From the IMG/VR virus record IMGVR_UViG_3300022602_000031, positions 96,001 through 160,000 of that record: 64,000 bases of DNA; one strand, 5' to 3'. The DNA is from a virus. The notes beneath the pieces were generated by a model, which ran no database searches, had not been told where the DNA came from, and worked only from the letters and a program-made list of their open reading frames with translations. Position 1 is the first letter of the stretch. Every line of letters starts with the position of its first letter. Made by a program: the position numbers and the translations under genes. Positions 20,525 through 30,542 of the stretch are shown here, piece by piece.

Positions 20525-20536
20525 TAAATATATTTA
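20525..20536. promoter_or_regulatory. Palindromic bidirectional late-promoter-like element between the HNH gene and terL
   Basis: TAAATATATTTA is a perfect palindrome that gives TAAATA on both strands within a 15-bp intergenic gap. Confidence 0.5.
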
Positions 20537-20539
20537 ACT

Positions 20540-22102
20540 ATGAGTAAAGAACTAGAAACAGCAATTATTAAGGCACCCTATAAACGGATGTCTTATACCG
20601 AAGAACAAATACTAGAAATAGCTAGGTGCGCCGATCCTATAACCGGCCCCCAACATTTTTTAGATCATTATTTCTTTATACAACACCCAACTAAAGGTGC
20701 GATTCAATATCACCCTTTTGAGTACCAAGAGCGACTCATTGAATCATATCACAATTATAGATTCTCTATAAGCCTAATGCCTAGACAAACGGGCAAATCA
20801 ACTACAGCCGCTGGCTACTTATTATGGTATGCTATGTTTGTTCCTGACAGTACTATTTTAGTGGCCGCACACAAGTATTTAGGCGCACAGGAAATCATGC
20901 AACGTGTTCGGTACGCCTACGAAAACTGTCCTGACTTTATTAGAGCAGGTGTAACTAGTTATAACAAAGGATCGTTAGACTTTGAAAACGGAAGTCGTAT
21001 CGTAAGTCAGACAACAACAGAAAACACAGGTCGTGGTATGTCCATATCACTACTATACTGTGACGAGTTTGCGTTCGTTCGACCAACTATTGCTAGTGAA
21101 TTCTGGACTTCTATTACACCTACACTAGCAACTGGTGGTAAATGTATTATTACATCAACACCAAATTCAGACGAAGATCAGTTTGCGCAGATCTGGCGTG
21201 GTGCCAACAAGACACTGGATATGAATGGCAACGAAACAGAACTAGGTATTAATGGATTTAAAGCATTCCGTAGCCGTTGGGAAGAACATCCAGAGCGTGA
21301 TGAATTTTGGGCCGCACAGATGCGAGCACAGTTAGGCGAAGAACGTTTCCGCCGCGAGATGGAATGTGAATTCATTATCTATGATGAAACATTAATCAAC
21401 CCATTGAAATTAGTTGAGATGGCCGGTATTGACCCAGTAGAACGACAAGGGCAGGTGCGTTGGTATAAAAAGCCAGCTAAAGATCATACTTACTTTATTG
21501 CATTGGATCCAAGTTTGGGCACTGGTGGAGACCCAAGTGCTATACAGGTATTTGAAATGCCAGGATGTAAACAGGTAGCTGAATGGTGTGATAATAAAAC
21601 TCCAGTACAACGTCAGGTACGTATCTTACAAGAAATTTGTAGTTACATATCAGATAGTATTGGTACACAAAATAACATTTACTATTCTGTAGAAAACAAT
21701 ACATTAGGCGAAGCCGCATTAGTAGCCATCGCTGAAATTGGTGAAGAAAACTACAAGGGTATATTTTTAAGTGAACCAGCACGTACTGGAAATGTACGTA
21801 GATACCGTAAAGGGTTTAATACATCACAGAAAGTAAAATTAACTGCCTGTAGTAAGCTAAAAAGTCTAGTAGAAACTAATCGTATGTTTCTTGCTAGTAA
21901 AGCACTAATTAGCGAGTTAAAAACCTTTGTTGCTAGCGGAAACAGCTATGCGGCTAAATTGGGCGAGCACGATGACTTGGTTATGTCTACTATTCTTGCT
22001 ATTAGAATGATGCAAACCCTACAAAATTACGACGCCGCGCTAGACGCTGAAATTAAGGACGCTAACGAGTTCATTGAGCCTATGCCATTCATAATGATCT
22101 GA
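20540..22102 (+). CDS. terL: Terminase large subunit (T4 gp17-like)
   Basis: Walker A PRQTGKS, Walker B LLYCDEFAF, TSTPN, nuclease ALDPSLG and HDDLVM motifs; uninterrupted. Confidence 0.95.
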   Translation: MSKELETAIIKAPYKRMSYTEEQILEIARCADPITGPQHFLDHYFFIQHPTKGAIQYHPFEYQERLIESYHNYRFSISLMPRQTGKSTTAAGYLLWYAMFVPDSTILVAAHKYLGAQEIMQRVRYAYENCPDFIRAGVTSYNKGSLDFENGSRIVSQTTTENTGRGMSISLLYCDEFAFVRPTIASEFWTSITPTLATGGKCIITSTPNSDEDQFAQIWRGANKTLDMNGNETELGINGFKAFRSRWEEHPERDEFWAAQMRAQLGEERFRREMECEFIIYDETLINPLKLVEMAGIDPVERQGQVRWYKKPAKDHTYFIALDPSLGTGGDPSAIQVFEMPGCKQVAEWCDNKTPVQRQVRILQEICSYISDSIGTQNNIYYSVENNTLGEAALVAIAEIGEENYKGIFLSEPARTGNVRRYRKGFNTSQKVKLTACSKLKSLVETNRMFLASKALISELKTFVASGNSYAAKLGEHDDLVMSTILAIRMMQTLQNYDAALDAEIKDANEFIEPMPFIMI

Positions 22103-22113
22103 TAAATAGTTTT

Positions 22114-23571
22114 ATGTCTAAAGAAATTGAATCTATATCCGCCGCACTATTTGATAAAATACGTTCACGCTTTACTAATGTAACGCTGGGCGACGAAAAC
22201 GCCAAGGCTGAAACAGATCCTGAGAAGGCTCGCTTTTTTAACTTTGTATATACCTCCGAAGACGGTGCTGAATTTGGCAACGTAACTATTAGTCTAATCG
22301 ATGAAACCAGTTTAAAAGTATACTATGGCACAAATATATCTGGCGAAATGGACCGCGAACAACGCAAAACTTGGTATGAATTTTTACGTAATCTAAGACT
22401 ATTTGCCAAACGCAATTTACTTACATTCGACACACGAGATATTAATAAATCAAATCTAGATCTTAACGACGTTAAACAACAGGCTAAATCCGACAATGTT
22501 TATTCCACTGATGAAATGCCAGTGACAGAAAGTCGTATTAATTACAGTGGCTCAAGCCGTCATAGCTATGCTCACGTTGGCGAATGTAAATTAATTATTC
22601 GCCATACAGGAGCAGTAGACGAAGATGTGCAAGGCGCCCGCACAAGACATATACAAGAAATATTTGTTGAAACACACCGCGGCGAAAGATTCTTATTAAA
22701 CCACACTAACCTACACGGCGCCGTAGCAATGGCTAACCATTTAAGCGAAGGTGGCACACCTTATGATGAAATAGCTGAAAGCATTGACAATATGGTTTAT
22801 GAAATGAACTGTATGCGTCATTTTGTACGTAGCTCAAAGCGTCGCCAATTTGAAGATCAAGAAACTGTTGATATGACACAGGCGGCCATTGATCACTATG
22901 AAAATTTAAAAAGTCGTTTAAAACATTTACGCAGTAAACGTTATTATGATCAGTATGTTAAAGAGTTTACTCCAGCTGAAAATATCGAAGATGGCTTTGA
23001 CGCTGACGCACTCAAAGAACGTTTTGTTAAAAAGATCTATGACAGTCGTTTTGATGAAGCATTGCCAATTGTCTATCGTGAATACAAGCGTCGCCAAAAT
23101 AGTCTAAGCAGTGAACTAGAAGAGTGGGCCGAAGATGTGACAGAGTCTACTTGGACTAAGCCAGACAACAAAGAAAAAATTGAAGCACTACGTGAAATAT
23201 TAAAAACACCATTACTAGTTGGTATCGACGGAATTGATGCTACTGCTAAAATAGAACCTATCATTGGCAGTGATGAATTAAATGACAAAATTGAAGCATT
23301 GGCTGGCCCCGAAGGCCAAGGACCCGACGCCGACGCACGTGGACTAGTTAAAGAGTGGCTAGTACAAAATATGCCACAACTATTACGTGATTTAGAAGTA
23401 GGCGAAAAAAATGTAGCCGACGCCCAAACCAATTGGGCACAACCTGTAAGCCCACAACAATCAAACGATAACGAATATGGTAGCCAACCAAATCATCCTA
23501 ATGTCAGTAATATGACCATGGAAGACACTGACAGTTTGGACTTTATTCGCAGTCTTGCTGGCATTCGCTAA
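22114..23571 (+). CDS. Hypothetical late protein (probable head-associated)
   Basis: 485 aa, ends DFIRSLAGIR; TAAATA at 22103-08. Confidence 0.65.
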   Translation: MSKEIESISAALFDKIRSRFTNVTLGDENAKAETDPEKARFFNFVYTSEDGAEFGNVTISLIDETSLKVYYGTNISGEMDREQRKTWYEFLRNLRLFAKRNLLTFDTRDINKSNLDLNDVKQQAKSDNVYSTDEMPVTESRINYSGSSRHSYAHVGECKLIIRHTGAVDEDVQGARTRHIQEIFVETHRGERFLLNHTNLHGAVAMANHLSEGGTPYDEIAESIDNMVYEMNCMRHFVRSSKRRQFEDQETVDMTQAAIDHYENLKSRLKHLRSKRYYDQYVKEFTPAENIEDGFDADALKERFVKKIYDSRFDEALPIVYREYKRRQNSLSSELEEWAEDVTESTWTKPDNKEKIEALREILKTPLLVGIDGIDATAKIEPIIGSDELNDKIEALAGPEGQGPDADARGLVKEWLVQNMPQLLRDLEVGEKNVADAQTNWAQPVSPQQSNDNEYGSQPNHPNVSNMTMEDTDSLDFIRSLAGIR

Positions 23572-23582
23572 TAAGTATATGC

Positions 23583-24596
23583 ATGGAAATAATCAAAGCC
23601 ACTAATGGCTTTCCTTATGCTTGGAAAGCGGGCCGTGTTGAACGACTTATACGCAGTATACTAGAAACCAAAGCCCAAGAACAACTTAATGTCAATCGTG
23701 TAATGATTGTCAATCCAACCTGGCTACACGAAACTAATCTAGCCGAAGACATCCAAAATACCCGTCCAGATTTTATTATCTGTCATAACTTTGTAGATCC
23801 TGCTGTACCAAAAATATTTGAAGCAATACAAAACAGTGGCGTGCCGTACATTATACTAGGTAACAGTGAGCAATATCGTTTAGACTTTTGGGCAATGGTC
23901 TGTGACTTTTATTTTCAAGACTATACCGAGCAAGATGTAGAAGTACAGTCCGGCGCACGTAAATTTATCTGCTTAAATCGTAAACCACACCCACATCGTG
24001 TAGCACTAGTCAATCAATTATTACCATTGAAAGATTTGGGCTACATAAGTTTAGGTACACCGGGTAGCCCTATTACTATCGAAGAAGAATTCAGCGACGA
24101 TCAAGGCATCCGCGACGAATATCAAAATTTAGGTGTCGAACGTTTTGTAAGCAATCAAATACGCAATGATATTTTTAGTCTCGGCAGTCTTGAAGTATGG
24201 CGTCGTAGTTTCTTATGCTTAGTAACAGAAACAGAATTCAGTAATGCTAATCCTGGCAATTTTTTTACCAGCGAAAAAACATTTAAACCTATTATAGGTA
24301 TGCGACCATTTTTTATATATGGGCAACCACAGTTACGTGCTTATTTAAAAGCCGAAGGGTTTGACATATTTGAAGATATATTTGATTACAGTATAGTAAA
24401 CAATTCTGCCGCAGATCCTATGCAACAGCAACAGTACGCACAGGTAGCAATAAACGCTATTACACAACTTGGCGACCCAGTGGAATTGTATCGCCGGCAT
24501 TTTTATCGATTCCAACAAAACAAAGCTAGATTTCATACTTACGTATACAAACAATGGCAACGACTCAATGAACTTGATCTACGACAATTTATTTGA
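23583..24596 (+). CDS. Glycosyltransferase-like protein (paralog 1)
   Basis: FICLNRKPHPHR, LVTETEF, SEKTFKPIIGMRPF motifs shared with 25332 and 56942. Confidence 0.5.
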   Translation: MEIIKATNGFPYAWKAGRVERLIRSILETKAQEQLNVNRVMIVNPTWLHETNLAEDIQNTRPDFIICHNFVDPAVPKIFEAIQNSGVPYIILGNSEQYRLDFWAMVCDFYFQDYTEQDVEVQSGARKFICLNRKPHPHRVALVNQLLPLKDLGYISLGTPGSPITIEEEFSDDQGIRDEYQNLGVERFVSNQIRNDIFSLGSLEVWRRSFLCLVTETEFSNANPGNFFTSEKTFKPIIGMRPFFIYGQPQLRAYLKAEGFDIFEDIFDYSIVNNSAADPMQQQQYAQVAINAITQLGDPVELYRRHFYRFQQNKARFHTYVYKQWQRLNELDLRQFI

Positions 24597-25335
24597 TGTC
24601 CCACAGTGGAGTCTTGTTAACAATCCTTTTTATCAGTATGACCGCGGAAGTCAACATACTCTAATCACTGTTGGTGATTCGTGGACCTGGGGTGATAGTC
24701 TGGGTAAAACCAAAGTGCGAAATCAAATCGATGACGAAGCATATAGACTCAAACACGTGTATGGAAATATTGTCAGCGAACAACTTGGGTATAATTGGGC
24801 TAATTTGGCGTTACCTGGTGCTAGTAATGCTAGAGTGCTCAATTGGTTGTTTCGATATCTCGATAGGCTAATAAACGAAGACGTTACCTGTGTAATAACA
24901 TTAACAGAATCAGGGCGCCACGAAGAACTTAGATTTGTTGACTACACACGTACACAACAGCAAACATTAGAAATCATACTAGATCATACCTACGATCGTA
25001 TTGCCATAATGCAGGCTAAATTTCCTAGTATTAAATTTATTGTAGCACATAACTTTACAGACAGTCGCCCGTCCACAATTCCCATACTTGAAAAATCTTG
25101 GCTGGAAGTGTTGTTAAACAAACAGATTCAAAAAGACACGCACATTGTTGTGTCAGAACACATTGAACAAATGAATTACGATCGGTGGTATGCTGATGTT
25201 GCTGAAATTGTAGATAGAGCCAATGATAGAATTGATTTGTTGGACAGTTGCGATTATTGTAATACTGGTGATACAAGACACCCCAATGAACAAGGCCACA
25301 ATTTGTGGGCCAACTACTTATTAACACAATTATGA
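24568..25335 (+). CDS. SGNH/GDSL-hydrolase-like protein
   Basis: VGDSWTWG, NLALPGASN and HPN motifs; likely start ATG 24568. Confidence 0.6.
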   Translation: MNLIYDNLFDVPQWSLVNNPFYQYDRGSQHTLITVGDSWTWGDSLGKTKVRNQIDDEAYRLKHVYGNIVSEQLGYNWANLALPGASNARVLNWLFRYLDRLINEDVTCVITLTESGRHEELRFVDYTRTQQQTLEIILDHTYDRIAIMQAKFPSIKFIVAHNFTDSRPSTIPILEKSWLEVLLNKQIQKDTHIVVSEHIEQMNYDRWYADVAEIVDRANDRIDLLDSCDYCNTGDTRHPNEQGHNLWANYLLTQL

Positions 25336-26288
25336 TCGAACAGGCCGTTACCGTCACTGACACAGAGATACTGATACTAGCACAGTTCTTTATACACAAA
25401 GACTTTGCGGTAACCAAACGCGACGTGTTACTGGATATACTAGGGCGACACTATCGAGACCAAACGGTACGCATACGATTACTAGACGGGGAAAACAGCA
25501 ACTTCAGTGGGTTTACAGATTTTCTGTTATGGATTAGTCAAAACCTAAACATACCTCGAGAACGTTTTATCATCGAAAGTCACAGACCCGATGAGCCCTT
25601 CCCACACTCAAAACTACGTTTGGGAATTTTTATCAGTGTCAATCAATACTTGCCAACTATAGTACCCGATCTAGGCCAGGCACGTTTTGTTGGAACTCTA
25701 TTAGGTAGATACAATATAAATCGAGTTAGATTAGCCTACGAATTAGATTGTGCTTTCCCCGACGATACATACATAACATTTCAACCAAAGTTAGATTTTG
25801 TTGTTAGGGACCTACAGCATTTTGGTAGCTTATATCAAAATGAATTAGCGTGGCTACACAACAAACAATTTGACATTGATTTACAAAGCCGTCATCATAT
25901 GGGAATGATAGACTGGCCTGAAAGTTGTCAGGCCTACGGAAATGTATGGAACCAGTATCAAATTGAAGTTGTATCCGAGACAGACAGCATAAGCGATTAT
26001 TGGTTTACTGAAAAGACTGCTAACTGTTTGGCAACAGGTAAACCGTTTGTACTAGTAGCCGGCACGGGTAGCCTACAACGCCTGCGTGATATGGGTTTCC
26101 AAACATTTGGGGAAGTTTTAGATGAGTCCTACGATTTAGCCAAACACCCATACGAACGCATTAAACGCTTGACAACCAGCCTACAACAGTTGTATACTAG
26201 CCCAAGTAAAGCAGATGATTTAAAACAGCTTTACCGTTTGGCTAGCCAAAATATTGAACATTATCGACAATTTTCAGTTCGGCAATAA
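25332..26288 (+). CDS. Glycosyltransferase-like protein (paralog 2)
   Basis: IEVVSETD...FTEKTANCLATGKPFV...GFQTFGEVLDESYD. Confidence 0.5.
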   Translation: MIEQAVTVTDTEILILAQFFIHKDFAVTKRDVLLDILGRHYRDQTVRIRLLDGENSNFSGFTDFLLWISQNLNIPRERFIIESHRPDEPFPHSKLRLGIFISVNQYLPTIVPDLGQARFVGTLLGRYNINRVRLAYELDCAFPDDTYITFQPKLDFVVRDLQHFGSLYQNELAWLHNKQFDIDLQSRHHMGMIDWPESCQAYGNVWNQYQIEVVSETDSISDYWFTEKTANCLATGKPFVLVAGTGSLQRLRDMGFQTFGEVLDESYDLAKHPYERIKRLTTSLQQLYTSPSKADDLKQLYRLASQNIEHYRQFSVRQ

Positions 26289-26305
26289 AAATTCTAAAAA
26301 ATTGT

Positions 26306-26335
26306 TTGACAAGCTAAATATTATTGTTATATACT
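26306..26335 (+). promoter_or_regulatory. sigma70-type promoter of the SSB gene with an embedded late-type motif
   Basis: TTGACA(26306-11), 18 bp, TATACT(26330-35); TAAATA at 26315-20. Confidence 0.6.
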
Positions 26336-26396
26336 TGCAGGGTGCTTGTATATATCTAGGCATATTATTAAGACCATCTTATAAAGGAAAAACATT

Positions 26397-27389
26397 ATGG
26401 CAATGACATTAGCAGAAATCCGCGCAAAACTTCAAGCAAACGAAAATCGCGGTCAAGGTAGTAAACAATCAGGTGGCGACAACGCTATCTATCCACACTG
26501 GAACATCGCAGAAGGTTCCACAACTCGAGTAAGATTCCTCCCAGACGGTAACACAAGTAACAGCTTCTTTTGGGCTGAGCGAGCAATGATTAATTTAGAG
26601 TTCGCAGGTGTAAAAGGTCAGGTTGACAGCAAACGTGTAACAGTCAAAGTTCCTTGTATGGAAATGTACGGAGAACAATGTCCAATTTTAGCTGAGGTAC
26701 GTCCTTGGTTTAAAGATCCAAGTTTAGAAGATATGGGTCGTAAGTATTGGAAAAAGAAGAGTTATGTATTCCAAGGTTTTGTACGTGAAAACGCACTGAC
26801 AGATGATACAACTCCAGAGAACCCAATCCGTCGCTTTACTATCAGCCCACAGATTTTTAATATCATTAAAGCGGCATTGATGGATCCAGAGATGGAAGAA
26901 TTGCCAACTGACTACGGTCGTGGCCTAGATTTCCAAATTGTTAAAACATCCAAAGGTGGCTATGCTGACTACTCTACAAGTAAGTGGTCACGTAAAGAAT
27001 CTGCTCTTACAGCAGAAGAACAAGCCGCTATTGATCAATTCGGTCTATTTAATCTGTCAGACTTCTTACCTAAGAAGCCAACTGAAGCAGACTTAAAAGT
27101 ATTGGTAGAAATGTTCCACGCTAGTGTCGAAGGCGAGCCATATGACGCCGAGCGTTGGGGTGCTTACTACAAACCATTTGGTTTAGATGTTGGTAATGCT
27201 AGTAAGCCAGCGGCACCAGCGGCCGATGATGCTGACGAAACACCAGCACCTGTAGCCAAAGCGGCTCCAGCAGTAGACGAAGATGATACACCAGCTCCTA
27301 CAGCTCCAGTGGCAGCTCCGGCAGCGGCACCATCCAGTCAACGTGCTGAAGACATCCTAGCGATGATCCGTAATCGCCAAAAGCAGTAA
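26397..27389 (+). CDS. Single-stranded DNA-binding protein (T4 gp32-like)
   Basis: RVRFLP...CPI...RKYWKK...ISPQIF...DYSTSKW; acidic Ala/Pro-rich tail; SD AAGGA. Confidence 0.88.
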   Translation: MAMTLAEIRAKLQANENRGQGSKQSGGDNAIYPHWNIAEGSTTRVRFLPDGNTSNSFFWAERAMINLEFAGVKGQVDSKRVTVKVPCMEMYGEQCPILAEVRPWFKDPSLEDMGRKYWKKKSYVFQGFVRENALTDDTTPENPIRRFTISPQIFNIIKAALMDPEMEELPTDYGRGLDFQIVKTSKGGYADYSTSKWSRKESALTAEEQAAIDQFGLFNLSDFLPKKPTEADLKVLVEMFHASVEGEPYDAERWGAYYKPFGLDVGNASKPAAPAADDADETPAPVAKAAPAVDEDDTPAPTAPVAAPAAAPSSQRAEDILAMIRNRQKQ

Positions 27390-27410
27390 TAATATAGCTT
27401 GTGTCTAAAA

Positions 27411-27436
27411 TAGTGGGGGAAGACGATCCCCCACTA
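27411..27436 (+). terminator. Perfect 10-bp stem-loop after the SSB gene (terminator or stabilising hairpin)
   Basis: TAGTGGGGGA-agacga-TCCCCCACTA; no long U-tract. Confidence 0.5.
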
Positions 27437-27443
27437 CCTGTTT

Positions 27444-28055
27444 ATGTTATCATACATTGACCCGATACTGTTCCCAGACGAGTGCGAGATACTTGAAATA
27501 TCTCCAATGAACTACGTCTATCCTATTTTTAAAAACGGTAGTAGTGGTCTTAGAGAAAAAGCTATACGTACACTTACTGCCGACCAGATGCGCAAACTTG
27601 GCAACGTAAACATTTATTTGCGTGACCCATTTGAACGTTATGTAAGCGGAGTACAAACTTACTTACGCTACAATCCACATCTTGATCGCACAACAGCATT
27701 GACAATGATTGATCAATACCTGTTCTTAGATCGACACTTTGCTCTACAGTTCCATTGGATAGTAAACTTACAAAGATTTGCGGATGATCTATGGATGACC
27801 TTTTTACCAATGTCGGAGCTCAACGATAACATCAATGAAACTTGGAACACTATCAGTAGAGATGAAACATTAATAGAGTATTTCAGCAATAATAAAAAAT
27901 TACAGTTTTATCTAATGCTAGATAAAATCCTATTAGATTTTATAGGGCAACCATCTAAGATGACAATGATACTAGCACACATTAAAGTAGAGTATCCTGA
28001 ACTATACGCAGAAATAATTCAACGAAGCAGAAACTTATGCGCTGTCCTAGACTAG
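27444..28055 (+). CDS. Sulfotransferase family 2-like protein
   Basis: PIFKNGSS (5'-PSB-like), LRDPFERYVSG (3'-PB-like), HF..Q. Confidence 0.6.
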   Translation: MLSYIDPILFPDECEILEISPMNYVYPIFKNGSSGLREKAIRTLTADQMRKLGNVNIYLRDPFERYVSGVQTYLRYNPHLDRTTALTMIDQYLFLDRHFALQFHWIVNLQRFADDLWMTFLPMSELNDNINETWNTISRDETLIEYFSNNKKLQFYLMLDKILLDFIGQPSKMTMILAHIKVEYPELYAEIIQRSRNLCAVLD

Positions 28056-28921
28056 ATCACTTTGTACGCTTTAATCATAATGGCACAGTTAGTCGCTGTG
28101 GGCATATGGTTAATCCTGCACAGTTTGATTCTCTAGCACAAATGGATTCTAGTGTATGGTTGCGTAAGATTAAAGAACAGTTTGAACAAGACCAATGGCC
28201 AAACGAATGCCGTCGTTGCGAAGAAACAGAACGGTTAAATGGTGTTAGTGTACGTACACACAGTATCGATTTTGACAGCCAACAAACACAGGCAGACTAC
28301 TTAACAGTTGGTGGTGTACTAGACAATATATGCAACAGCGCCTGTATGACTTGCCACGAGGGATTGAGTACAAAGATTGGCAGTCTAAAAAGTAAAACAT
28401 ATACAATAGTAGATAATACCAATCGCTTTTGGGCATTGCCACAAGAACGTATTGTACACTTAGACCTAAATGGCGGCGAGCCTAGCCATAGTCGAAATTA
28501 CAAGACAGTTATTAACAACCTACCAGTCACAGTTAAGAGTATTAGATTAAATACAAATTGTAGCACATTACTAACAGAGCTAGAAGATTTAGTTGCTCGC
28601 GGCATTGATGTTACAGTTACAGTAAGCCTAGATGGAATTCAAGAAGTACACGACTTTATACGTTGGCCCATTAAATGGGATAAGTTCTACGCAAATCTTA
28701 TGGCATATAAGCGTATGCCTGTAAAGTTAAATCTATGGACAACGGTTAGTGTATTAAATGAACATCAATTACCGGAAATTATCGCCTTTGCACGGTTGCA
28801 CGGCATTGATCACGAGTACGCATACTTAAAACATCCGGCAGTATTAGATGTCAATAATAAAGATCAGGCGTCAATTCAAGCATACATACAAGAACAAAAG
28901 AAGTTACGAGGCATAGAATGA
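28037..28921 (+). CDS. Radical SAM protein with N-terminal Cys-rich domain
   Basis: CNSACMTC; GGEPS; N-terminal RCGH...CRRC. Confidence 0.85.
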   Translation: MRCPRLDHFVRFNHNGTVSRCGHMVNPAQFDSLAQMDSSVWLRKIKEQFEQDQWPNECRRCEETERLNGVSVRTHSIDFDSQQTQADYLTVGGVLDNICNSACMTCHEGLSTKIGSLKSKTYTIVDNTNRFWALPQERIVHLDLNGGEPSHSRNYKTVINNLPVTVKSIRLNTNCSTLLTELEDLVARGIDVTVTVSLDGIQEVHDFIRWPIKWDKFYANLMAYKRMPVKLNLWTTVSVLNEHQLPEIIAFARLHGIDHEYAYLKHPAVLDVNNKDQASIQAYIQEQKKLRGIE

Positions 28922-29409
28922 AAATAGCAATCACCGGACATACATCAGGTATTGGGCAAGCACTAGCCGAAGCATACCACGGACACGACATTGTTGGCCT
29001 AAGTAAACGTGATGGTAATAATATACGCAATACTCCAAAGATTGCTAGTTTAATAGAACCTTGTGATATGTTTATTAACAATGCTCAAGAAGGATTTGCA
29101 CAAACAGAATTATTATTTGAAGTAACTCAACGCTGGGCAACTACTAACAAACAAATTATAGTTATTAGTACAATGATGACTCAGCAACCTATTAGTAGCA
29201 TAGAAGGAATGGATGAGTATCGACTACAAAAAGTCGCTCTAGAGCAAGCAGTGCAACAGTTAAGATTCAAATATCCACAAGGTCCTAAAATTACTATTGT
29301 GCGCCCCGGCCGTGTTGATAACCCAAAATTATGGGCAAGAACATTAGTTGGCCTATTTAGAATGGCCGAATCCAATGGCCTGGCTATCCCGGATATATCT
29401 CTAAGATGA
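28918..29409 (+). CDS. Short-chain dehydrogenase/reductase-like protein
   Basis: KIAITGHTSGIG; INNA; YRLQK catalytic YxxxK. Confidence 0.75.
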   Translation: MKIAITGHTSGIGQALAEAYHGHDIVGLSKRDGNNIRNTPKIASLIEPCDMFINNAQEGFAQTELLFEVTQRWATTNKQIIVISTMMTQQPISSIEGMDEYRLQKVALEQAVQQLRFKYPQGPKITIVRPGRVDNPKLWARTLVGLFRMAESNGLAIPDISLR

Positions 29410-30542
29410 CACCAAAAGACGTATTAACCAATCCTTACTTTTGCCCTATGCCGTGGACAGGGCTTATGTATAACTTCAACGGTGATGTTAAAAACTGTAT
29501 ACGTAGCAGTGAACCGATTGGTAACATTAAAAGTAGTCCTATAGAATCTATCCTGACCAATATGCATAATCAGGATACACAGTTTCGTATGATTCAAGGA
29601 ACCCCAGGACAAAAATGTTTTCCCTGCTATGAATTAGATCAAGGTCAACGTGGATTTAATCATATCAGCGACCGCGTATTTTATATTAAAGAATTAAAGT
29701 CTGTGCCAATGGATACATATCGTATGGGGCATCACGATCTACATACCATTGATGTACGGTGGACCAATTTATGTAACTTTGCCTGTACCTATTGCGGTCC
29801 AAGATTTAGCAGTCGGTGGGCAGAAGAACTTGGAGCAGAACAGTCAGTGCCTACGGAAGAACAACGTAGTAAATTTAAAGAATATATATTCCGTCACGCA
29901 CCAACATTGAAACACGTATATATGGCCGGTGGCGAACCTTTATTAATGAAAGAAAATCTAGAGCTATTAAACCTATTAGATCCTGATGTTAATTTACGCA
30001 TCAATACAAATCTAAGCAAAGTAGATACTCGTGTATTTGATCGTGTTTGCGAATTTCGTAATGTACATTGGACTGTTAGTGTGGACTCAATTGAATCGGA
30101 ATACGAATACATTAGATATGGCGGTCGCTGGACAGACTTTTTAGATAATCTAATGACTATCAAAAAACTTGGACACAAGGTTTCGTTTAATATGTTACAT
30201 TTTATATTAAACTACAACAGCATATTTGGGTGTGTTGATTATTTTAAAGAACAAGGTTTCCATAATAACAGTTTTATTATCGGACCTTTGTTGACTCCTG
30301 AATATCTAAATGTTAGACATTTACCAGACTCAGTATTAGATACAGTCAAGGCTACGCTCGAAGACCGTATCAATGCTAAACCAGGATTCCTATTAGAAAA
30401 TAGTTATGTGAATATGCTTAACTATATTAAACAGCCAATGCTAAAAAACCTAGCAAACTCGTTTACTCAAATTGGTATTATAGATCAACGTAGAGGATTA
30501 GACAGTAGTAAAATCTTTCAGGAGTTATATGGATACCGTTAA
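29406..30542 (+). CDS. Radical SAM protein with N-terminal twitch-like domain
   Basis: FCPMPW...KNC...CFPC; CNFACTYC; GGEPL. Confidence 0.85.
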   Translation: MTPKDVLTNPYFCPMPWTGLMYNFNGDVKNCIRSSEPIGNIKSSPIESILTNMHNQDTQFRMIQGTPGQKCFPCYELDQGQRGFNHISDRVFYIKELKSVPMDTYRMGHHDLHTIDVRWTNLCNFACTYCGPRFSSRWAEELGAEQSVPTEEQRSKFKEYIFRHAPTLKHVYMAGGEPLLMKENLELLNLLDPDVNLRINTNLSKVDTRVFDRVCEFRNVHWTVSVDSIESEYEYIRYGGRWTDFLDNLMTIKKLGHKVSFNMLHFILNYNSIFGCVDYFKEQGFHNNSFIIGPLLTPEYLNVRHLPDSVLDTVKATLEDRINAKPGFLLENSYVNMLNYIKQPMLKNLANSFTQIGIIDQRRGLDSSKIFQELYGYR

